From Spirochaetia bacterium (GTDB taxonomy: Bacteria > Spirochaetota > Spirochaetia > UBA9216), in contig OY776510.1 in the NCBI GenBank assembly GCA_963675665.1, forward strand, positions 3,168,001 to 3,232,000: DNA of 64,000 nucleotides, read 5' to 3'. The notes under the pieces were generated by a model. The model saw only the letters and a list, made by a program, of their open reading frames with translations. It had not been told where the DNA came from and ran no database searches. Of this stretch, positions 1 through 8,200 are shown one piece after another. The translations under genes were made by a program, and so were the position numbers. Each line of letters opens with the position of its first letter. Within the stretch, counting starts at the first letter, position 1.

Positions 1-1291
1 GACCGAGGTAAACAAGCGGAGCTCCCGGCGCTGCAGGATGAGGGCTCCGTGAAGGTTCGGTTATATTCCCTTTCTTTATAACCGGAGCGGCTTCGGCTGC
101 AATTTCAGAGGAAATTTCAGAGGAAATTTCCTCAAGAGTCTGCTTGCGGAAGATGCTGTCTTTTGCAGGAGAAGAAGGAAATGCTGCAGATGTAACTGCA
201 GCTGCAGGTCTGCCGATATCGAGGCTTTTTTGTTTTTCAGAATAAAACTGTTTACCGGTCAGGGGCGCGGAAACCCGGAATGAATTACGTTTGCCGAGAT
301 ATGAGCCCAAAGTATCGGTAACAATATGATGAATTTCCGGCAGATTTCTGAATTTTACTTCTCGTTTGGCCGGATGAATATTAAAATCGACGTGTTCAGG
401 AGGAATATCAATAAATAAGAAACAGACAGGATGACACCCCCCGGGAAGGAATGATGAATAGGCATAATCAACAGCCTGTACAAGGGCAAAATCGCTGATT
501 CTGCGGTTATTTATAAATATCTGAATATACTTTCTGTCTTTCCGGTAGAGAGAAGGAGTGCCTGCAGCTGCAGTTATTGAGATTCCGTCAGTTTCAGCAG
601 AGAAAGTATCAATAAAATTCTGATGAAACAGTCCTGCGAAGGCTGAGACTATCCTGGTTTTAAGATCTGAGGCCGGCAAAAAAAGTTTAAGCTTGTCTTC
701 GGCGAAGTATCTGAACCCTGTTTCAAGCTGTGGAAGAGCTTTCTCTATAAAAGTTGACCTGCAAAGTGCGGATTCGGCAGAAGGACTTTTTAGAAAATTT
801 CTGCGGCCCGGCATGGAATAAAAAAGGTCACGAGCGCTTATCAGAGTTCCTTGTGGGCCCCGAAAGGGAGAAAGATCGCGCAGTTTACCGTCCTGTATTT
901 CCAGTTTAAAGGCTGAGCCGTCGTCTGAGACAGAACTGGTTATGCTGAGTCTCGAACAAGCTGCAATACTTGAAAGAGCTTCACCCCTGAAGCCCAGGCT
1001 TTTGGTACTGTAAATATCTTCAAAATCAGTAATTTTACTTGTGGCATGAGGAAGAAAACATTTTTGAAGATTCTCCTCATCCATTCCGCTGCCGTTGTCG
1101 ACTACACGGATTTCTTCAATACCTCCGCCGTGGATATACAGATTAATCTCGCTCGAACCGGCGTCGATTGAATTATCAAGAAGTTCCCGGACAACCGCCT
1201 GTGGACGATCAATAACTTCTCCGGCGGCTATTCTTCTTGCAACGGAGTCCCGGAGAATATTAATTCTCCGGGAATTATAAATGTCTGTCAT
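1..1291 (-). CDS. mutL: DNA mismatch repair protein MutL (3' part runs off the window)
   Basis: Absent from the ORF track because it has no stop in the window. Manual translation from ATG at 1291: MTDIYNSRRINILRDSVARRIAAGEVIDRPQAVVRELLDNSIDAG...DNGSGM...HATSKI...LGFRGEALSSI, the GHKL ATPase motifs of MutL. Confidence 0.97.
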   Translation of the reverse strand, partial: MTDIYNSRRINILRDSVARRIAAGEVIDRPQAVVRELLDNSIDAGSSEINLYIHGGGIEEIRVVDNGSGMDEENLQKCFLPHATSKITDFEDIYSTKSLGFRGEALSSIAACSRLSITSSVSDDGSAFKLEIQDGKLRDLSPFRGPQGTLISARDLFYSMPGRRNFLKSPSAESALCRSTFIEKALPQLETGFRYFAEDKLKLFLPASDLKTRIVSAFAGLFHQNFIDTFSAETDGISITAAAGTPSLYRKDRKYIQIFINNRRISDFALVQAVDYAYSSFLPGGCHPVCFLFIDIPPEHVDFNIHPAKREVKFRNLPEIHHIVTDTLGSYLGKRNSFRVSAPLTGKQFYSEKQKSLDIGRPAAAVTSAAFPSSPAKDSIFRKQTLEEISSEISSEIAAEAAPVIKKGNITEPSRSPHPAAPGAPLVYLG

Positions 1292-1298
1292 ATCTGAA

Positions 1299-2705
1299 CT
1301 AAAAATGGATTCTCATGTCAATCGACATGGCAAAATACGGGTTGTCAAGAACATGGGTAATTTCATCCATTGCAAGAGCACCCGTTTCCTCATCACGCGG
1401 AAGCGCGGTTGTGAACATAAGCGCTATATCGAGAGAAGGATCGAAAGGATACACTATCTCGCCGCTGATAAGGGTGTCAGGGTTCAGGAATGTGAAAGCT
1501 TCTGTCTTGTTAACTGCATTCTTTATGGAGCTGACAAGTCTTGATCTGGTGTACGACACAGAACCGTAAATTCCGGCAACCGGTATTATATCCGGCATCA
1601 GGGCTGCAGAAAGGGTGAAATAATCGTTTTCCGAAAAATCTATTGTTCCGGAAGAACTCAGTTCCCACGGCCACAGATAACCTCCTGTAAGGGTTACCGC
1701 GTCGAAAATGTTCATTGCAAGTTCACCGTATACGCCCATCGTGATGTCCTGATATGCGGAGCCTGTCGGATCTGCTTCAAGATCCTCTATGTAGCCCGTC
1801 AGGGCATCATACTGAAGTGTTTTATTTAAAAGATAATTGTTACCGTAGAATGCAGGTGTAAATATACCCTTGCTGAGACGATATTCAAGCCTGTAGTCAA
1901 GAGAGAACAGGTTGCCGAAAATACCGGCTGATACGCCGTAATTATTAAGAGACGCAAGAAAGTCTCCGGCTGAGGGGTTGTAAAAGGTTTCGGTGTACCA
2001 TGTTGAATCTTTATAAACGGTAAGCCCGGCAAAATCCGTGAAAATAGTCATATTCAGCAGGCTTATCGGCAGGCCCAAATCGAAGGCTGCGTTCAGTATC
2101 AGCGGATCGAAAAGTTTGGGTGAATCTTCAATTTCGGAATCGGGATTAATATCGGTAATTCCTGAAAGCGCTATCTGCATTGGAAAGCTGCTGCCGAACG
2201 GAATAAAAGCAAGTCTTCCGCCGAAAATGGTCGGATCGGCTGCATTGTCGAGAACCGCTTCAAAACCGAAATTCTCAAGGAATAGCCCTGTGTTGATACC
2301 GACTTTACGGACTGCAGGAAATTCAAAGTTGTTACTGAAATTGCGCATAAGAATTCCATGACCTATAGTCATGTTGTTGAGATTGCCGAATTTCAGATAG
2401 AAATCGTCGCCGTTATCGCCCCACTGGATGTATTCAATTTTGAGAAACAGATCATTAAATATGTCAAATGCAATATCCTGGGCCGTGTCCTGATCGGTTC
2501 CGAAGGACCATTCGTTATTTTCAGCGGGTTTGTACCAGCTGGACGGTTCAAAAAGATTGTCCTGGTAAATTACCGGAAGATAAAGGCTGGCCTTGAGTTT
2601 GCCTATTTCAAATTCCGGCTTGACAACAGCCTTTGCATATGTGGTCCCGTCGATAATTATTGAACCTACCTCAAAACCGAAAATGTCGCCCAGTCCGGAA
2701 AGCAT
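1299..2705 (-). CDS. Putative outer-membrane beta-barrel domain; probably the C-terminal part of the FecR-domain gene at 2666..3721 (joined product about 807 aa)
   Basis: No signal peptide of its own. The frame stays open upstream to 2915 and encodes a continuation of the acidic linker (ASDGTADAAAADDTETD...). Amphipathic beta-strand pattern, C-terminal Phe (MRIHF), paralogous to 3736..5169. Confidence 0.7.
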   Translation of the reverse strand: MLSGLGDIFGFEVGSIIIDGTTYAKAVVKPEFEIGKLKASLYLPVIYQDNLFEPSSWYKPAENNEWSFGTDQDTAQDIAFDIFNDLFLKIEYIQWGDNGDDFYLKFGNLNNMTIGHGILMRNFSNNFEFPAVRKVGINTGLFLENFGFEAVLDNAADPTIFGGRLAFIPFGSSFPMQIALSGITDINPDSEIEDSPKLFDPLILNAAFDLGLPISLLNMTIFTDFAGLTVYKDSTWYTETFYNPSAGDFLASLNNYGVSAGIFGNLFSLDYRLEYRLSKGIFTPAFYGNNYLLNKTLQYDALTGYIEDLEADPTGSAYQDITMGVYGELAMNIFDAVTLTGGYLWPWELSSSGTIDFSENDYFTLSAALMPDIIPVAGIYGSVSYTRSRLVSSIKNAVNKTEAFTFLNPDTLISGEIVYPFDPSLDIALMFTTALPRDEETGALAMDEITHVLDNPYFAMSIDMRIHF

Positions 2706-3721
2706 ATTTTCGAGAGGTCCGGATTTGGAATCTTTTTCTTCAGCATCTGCATCAGTATCGGCAGCTGCCGACGCGTCCGGAATTTTGCCTGCTGTAATTG
2801 CAGAAGCGGCAGAGCCGGTCCTGGACGCCCTGGGCGGGGATTTGGGTTTGTCTGTTTCCGTATCATCAGCGGCAGCAGCGTCGGCTGTTCCGTCTGAAGC
2901 TTTGTATCTGCAGTTTCATCATCAGCAGTACCATCGTCGGTCGCTTCATCATCAGCCGTATCGTCAGTAGTCTCTTCTACGGCCTCATCGTCACCGGTAT
3001 CTCCATCGTCTGAACCGTCATCAGCAGTTTCGTCCGTTCCGGTATCAAGCGCGGAAGAGGTATGCCCGGGAACCTGCCCCGGGTCGGTTCCGTTAAAGTC
3101 CATACCGCTGAAAATGGATGCCAGGCTTTGTGCGGATGCAGCCGTTGCAGCGAACGTATCGGCAAATACATCTGCAATCTGGCCCGAAATAACACTGATA
3201 GTGTCGCCGCTTAAAAGGCTTGAAAAAGCAACTTCGCCGTCGCGGACAGCGAGTACGCCGATAGAGTCTATGACAAAATCTGTGCCGCGGACTCCGCATA
3301 CGGCGGACTGGGTAATAATTGAATAATTTTCATATCCAAGTCCGGCCCGGGCCGCAATTACTCTGAGTTTCCCGTTGAAAAGAGAAAAATCATTGGATTC
3401 ATCGGCTGTGGTCTGAAATGCTTCAATCTGAAAGACTGAATTTTCTGAAATCTTTAGTATGGATCCGTTGGGATCAAGCTGGATTTCTGCCGAAGTATTG
3501 TAGGTTTTGATTGTGCTGCCCGGAAAAAGTTCCATGCCTATAAACACTTCGCCTATGTAATCTCCGGTGCTGTCGAAAACTTCAAGTTCGAAATCATCAT
3601 CATAATATACAAGAAATGCCGTCGGGTTTGAACTTTGCTGGGCCGTAACAGGTACGGTAAATAAAATAAGGGCGGTGAGAACAAGTCCGAAAGCTGTTAA
3701 AAATTTTGTTTTACTCTTCAT
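2666..3721 (-). CDS. FecR-domain protein N-terminal part with acidic D/E/T linker; frameshifted near 2903
   Basis: Signal peptide, FecR-like motifs (GSTIKT...AEIQLDPNGSILKISENS; TQSAVCGVRGTDF), then a D/E/T-rich linker whose composition changes abruptly after ...ETADTK. Confidence 0.8.
   Translation of the reverse strand: MKSKTKFLTAFGLVLTALILFTVPVTAQQSSNPTAFLVYYDDDFELEVFDSTGDYIGEVFIGMELFPGSTIKTYNTSAEIQLDPNGSILKISENSVFQIEAFQTTADESNDFSLFNGKLRVIAARAGLGYENYSIITQSAVCGVRGTDFVIDSIGVLAVRDGEVAFSSLLSGDTISVISGQIADVFADTFAATAASAQSLASIFSGMDFNGTDPGQVPGHTSSALDTGTDETADDGSDDGDTGDDEAVEETTDDTADDEATDDGTADDETADTKLQTEQPTLLPLMIRKQTNPNPRPGRPGPALPLLQLQQAKFRTRRQLPILMQMLKKKIPNPDLSKICFPDWATFSVLR
2906..3035 (-). repeat. 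Low-complexity acidic linker repeats (TADDE/TDDG-like units)
   Basis: Translation TDETADDGSDDGDTGDDEAVEETTDDTADDEATDDGTADDETAD; GAT/GAC-rich DNA. Confidence 0.7.
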
Positions 3722-3735
3722 ATTCTATCTCCTGC

Positions 3736-5169
3736 CTAAAAAAAGTTAATAGAGCAGCTGAGGGATGAGCTTACGTCAAAATCATCCCAGGTGACTCCGA
3801 TATTGCCGTCTTCAATGTAAATCATGTCGTAAGATAAAGTGATAACGGCGGCACCGGCATTATAGTTAATAGCCAGGTTGGCCATGCTGTTTTCAGCCAA
3901 CAACAGATCAACCGGCTCGTTGATAAATCGCTTGTCATAAGACGCAGAGAAAGAGAAAGAAGGGATTAATCCGTCGTTAACAGCAAACATTGCATACAGA
4001 TGCGGGTATTCGAGAAAGTTGTGTCCTTCGGTGCTGCCTGAAGGCGGGGCTGAAAAAGGTCCGTCAACGGTGGCTGTAAAAACCAAAAGATCATCAAGAA
4101 TGGAAATACCCGTGCTTGCAAGCCAGGATATGCTGCTTTCAATATAAGGCGGATCATTTGCGTCGTAGGTATCGTTATAGATATCGTATTTAACTCCGCG
4201 GTAAAGATCATACATGTTGTCAAAATAGGCTGGTATGAAGTTATCGCCGAGAAATCTCAGCTGAAAGATGTATGGAATAATATTAAACAATCGTCCGCCG
4301 AACCCTGTCATGCCGCCTTTATTTGATCCCTGAAATGCAAGATCGCCGAAAAGCGCTAAAGTTGCAAGGTCCATGTTCAGTATCGGCAGAATGAGGTCGG
4401 AGCCCCAGACAAGAACAGGGGTAGCCGGATCTCCGTTGTTTATTGCCGTTTCATAGAAATCGGCCCGGTAGTCCGGATCAATATCGGCTGCTGCAGTGAT
4501 TCCCCACTCAAGTTCCTTGATAATCGGAACCCCGCTCCATAGAAGCGGCCTGGAATATAATCTGGCTCCGAAAACGTCGAAATGCGCCAGGTTTCCGGCA
4601 AAAGTTTCGATGCCCAGGTATGGGAAATTGAAAAGCTGGCCGTCCAGATCAAAATTCAGGCCGACAATTTTTTCATCGGGTTGAAATAAAGTATTCGAAT
4701 ACTGGCTTACAATAAAGCCGGTGCCTATTAATGCATTATCAATCTGTCCAACCTTTGCATACAGGGTATCACCTTTATTTCCCCAACGCATATATGTGAT
4801 TTTGGGCAGATATAGCTCAAGGAAGTTTGCGAAGGACCATCCTTCGGCCGGGACCCAGTCCTCTTCACGTATATCAAAACCGCTGCCGTCCGAAACAAAC
4901 CGGTAATGAAGAACAAGATCAAGACCTATGCCGAATTTGCCGATTGCAAGATCGGGTTTAAGGGCAAGAGTCTGAAAAGTTTCAGGATCTCCGCCTTCTT
5001 CTATCGGGTCGAAGGTTTCGACACCGAGCAGCAGTCCGAGTCCAAAATCAGTATTCATGCCTGATTCGGGTTCGGATTCAGTCCCGGTATTGTCCTGTGC
5101 GGTAACGGAAAAGTTCAGAACAAACATGCCGAGAAATATTAATAGAAACAATATTCTGTTTGGTCTCAT
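3736..5169 (-). CDS. Putative outer-membrane beta-barrel protein, paralogue of 1299..2705
   Basis: Signal peptide, C-terminal aromatic (CSINFF). Shares a block with 1299..2705: KITYMRWGNKGDTLYAKVGQIDNALIGTGFIVSQYSN vs KIEYIQWGDNGDDFYLKFGNLNNMTIGHGILMRNFSN. SD AAGGAG upstream. Confidence 0.75.
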   Translation of the reverse strand: MRPNRILFLLIFLGMFVLNFSVTAQDNTGTESEPESGMNTDFGLGLLLGVETFDPIEEGGDPETFQTLALKPDLAIGKFGIGLDLVLHYRFVSDGSGFDIREEDWVPAEGWSFANFLELYLPKITYMRWGNKGDTLYAKVGQIDNALIGTGFIVSQYSNTLFQPDEKIVGLNFDLDGQLFNFPYLGIETFAGNLAHFDVFGARLYSRPLLWSGVPIIKELEWGITAAADIDPDYRADFYETAINNGDPATPVLVWGSDLILPILNMDLATLALFGDLAFQGSNKGGMTGFGGRLFNIIPYIFQLRFLGDNFIPAYFDNMYDLYRGVKYDIYNDTYDANDPPYIESSISWLASTGISILDDLLVFTATVDGPFSAPPSGSTEGHNFLEYPHLYAMFAVNDGLIPSFSFSASYDKRFINEPVDLLLAENSMANLAINYNAGAAVITLSYDMIYIEDGNIGVTWDDFDVSSSLSCSINFF

Positions 5170-5190
5170 AGTAAATTCTCCTTATTGTAA

Positions 5191-5219
5191 AGTATATACC
5201 TTTGGTAATAATTAAACAA
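5191..5219 (-). promoter_or_regulatory. Sigma70-type internal promoter upstream of 3736..5169
   Basis: TTGTTT (5219-5214), 17-nt spacer, TATACT (5196-5191). Confidence 0.5.
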
Positions 5220-5227
5220 TTTACACC

Positions 5228-8200
5228 CTAATAAATGATACTGCCGGTTAGCCCTAAACTCAAGCCGTACAGCAGGGTTTTATTTTCTGAAACGTTATTA
5301 TATTCAACTCCGAAAAGGCCGAATGCGGACAGCGTAAATATCCGGGGCAGCACAAGAGATGTTGTATGTCTGAATTCGGTACTTATCGAGGCTTCAACAT
5401 CGACAGACAGTTTTTCCTCATGAATAATAAGCTGGAAATTTTCCTCTTCTGAATCAAACAGGGGGAGATTAAACGGTGTTGCCGGGTGTTCAGTTCTTAC
5501 ATATATAAGATCTGTTTTAAATTCGGACTGCAGGTCTTCATATCCGACGGGCAGAAAAAATGAACTGTCTACTGATAAAATCTGTTCTTCGTGTCCGAAA
5601 AAAGAGCAGCCCGTGCTGAAAATGTATTTCTGTAGTATTGATTCGGAAAAGGGGTCGGCCAAAGCGGCTTCAACTGACCAGTTGAATTCATCAGAGAAGT
5701 AAAAGTCGAAAAACGAATAGACACCGGCTGCTCCGAAAAGGTTAAGGGCAGCAGACCGCCATACAAGATCAAAATCAAGACTGTCTTCGAGATCGTCGTA
5801 ATCCTTTAGTGAATTTCTTTCCAGCCCGGTACTTACCGAAAACGGTACAAGCAGATCAATAAGCCGGCTGCTGTAGTTTCTGGAAAATTCCGCGCGGATT
5901 GAGTTGTTCAGCTTGGCCTGGTCAATTTCGGCGGCAGTGCAGTCGTCGAAAACTGTTTCGGGAAGTGCGGGATCAAACAACTCACAACCTGGAATTGATG
6001 TATAAAGATAGTCCCGGCGGGAAAGCAGGTAGAACATATCGGATATATCATCCGTAAACCCGGAACTTTCCGTTGTGTGGGTAAAATCAGCTGAACGGGA
6101 AAATTCAAGCCGGGCTGAAATTGTTCCGCCTGAGGTTGATATTGATACGGGAAAGCCTGCGCTGATTTCCGCAGAATCGGTTTTTGTATTCTCGTCGTTG
6201 ATATCCGAATTTGTTTTTATTCCAAATTCAAATCCGACGGGAATTGTAAGTATTGCCGGTGAAAGTTGTATTTCTATTTTACGCTGTTCAAGCTGAAACG
6301 GGGTGAAATTAACAGCAAGGGCCGTGGCATCTGCCCATCCACTGAAATAATTGTTCCAGTCGAAAGACGAGGTGCTGTCTGAGAGCAGCATTTTATAACC
6401 GGCATCAAGGCTGAACAGGGTAGTCGACATGGTAATGTCTGAAGACCATTTGCGAAGCAGGTTTCCTTCATTATCTGCGGTTGAAAATTCTGCCGGAGTT
6501 CCGGAGAATACACCGGCATTCAGCCTGAGACTTCCGGTCTTTGAAAAGTCCCCTCCGGATGCCGACTCTGTTCTGAATGAATCGCAGAGATGCAGATAAC
6601 TGCCGACTACCGGGATATCGATTGTGTGCCCGGCGGCAAGCAGGTTAACGCCGCCGGCGTCTTTCAGGTTGCAGTCTGCTGATACTGAAGTCCCCAATAT
6701 CTCACTGCTGATTTTTGAATAGAGATTTACAACTCCGGTGTTATAATCAGCAGATGCAGACAGCGCGGCAGGACCTATAATTTCCAGATTGCCGGCAGTG
6801 AGCAGCGGCCCGGATGAACTGATTTCGATATCTCCGCCGACGCCGGCGGTAGTATGCAAAACGGGATCTGACAGCGAGACTTCATCCAGATAGAGGACCC
6901 CGCCGGAGGCATTCTCGGTTCCCGTTTCAATAAACGAAAGATCTCCCGAATCCGAGTCAAAGGTCAATTCAGCCTGTGTATTCTCAACATTATTAACAAG
7001 AACTGTTCCCGTCCCGCCGTCAGCGCCCGGTAAAAGCTCAATTTTGTTCCAGGCGGTACCGGAACCAAGCGGTATTTTCGACTTGATTCCCGAACCTTCC
7101 GAATCAACCATATTGAAAATAAGAAGAGGGGGGGCTGCTCCGGATGGTGTAAGTTCGGGACAATAGGCATGGAAAGTCACTTTGCCGTATTCCGTCGGCG
7201 GTACCGGGTAAATAACTGTGCGGATTTTCCAGTCGTCAGTCCATTCGATTCGCAGGACTTTGTTTGACTCACCCGCTGAAAGCGTATCGGCCGTAAGCGC
7301 CGCCGAGGGTGTTTCGGCGGCAGGAATCAGAGCTTCGCTTATCTCGGAAAAATCCGGTTTTACTGCGATATCAGGATCAGCATACATTACAGATCCTTCA
7401 AATGTGAAATCATCAAACATAATGCGGCCGGATGTTTCGCCGGTTCCGTTGTTTACAGCGGTTATACGAATAAACCCGGCATTTCCAAGGCGGCTGCGCG
7501 CCGCATCGCTTAAGTATAGCCTTACGGTTTTCCATCCTGTACCGGGTTTTACAAAATCTGCGGAGGAAGAAAAAAGAACCGACGCATCTGTTTTTTCGGA
7601 ATCAAGAAAACCGTTGCCGTTAAAATCTTCACTGTCCTCAATCCCGTTACTTTTTTCAAGATTATCACCGCCGATAAGTGTTCCCGATTCGGAATTCGGA
7701 TCGTTGAATATATATCCTGAAGAATAAGCGGATGTTTCAGCATCCAGGTTTCCGTCGTCGTCAAGATCTTCCGAAAGAGAGCCTGTTTCGATATAAAGAG
7801 TGATATTGCTTAAATCAGAGTCGGTTTTGCAGTCGAACGACAGCGCCCTGCTGGCGCTGAGGTCGGGGTTCTCTGAACCGTAGGCAAGAGGAATCTGTAC
7901 GCCGGCCCAACTGTTGCTTTCGGGGAGGATGTAATCCATAGCAAGGATTTCTCCGGAACGACTGTCTGTAACGGCAGAAGCAGTATAAGGGCCTGCCTTG
8001 AGCTGCCCGGAGGCTGACGAATCGGATGGCGAAAAGATCATTGATTCATCAATCTCGGCAGTATAATCCTGAAGATAATAGGAGCCGAAACTGGTCGGGA
8101 CACGATAATCCTTGTAAAGAAGAAGCCCTCTATCCTCCGGGGCAAGGCCGATATTTTCCGAAGCGGAAGCAGGGAAAACGGTATTTCTGTTAAGAGGAAC

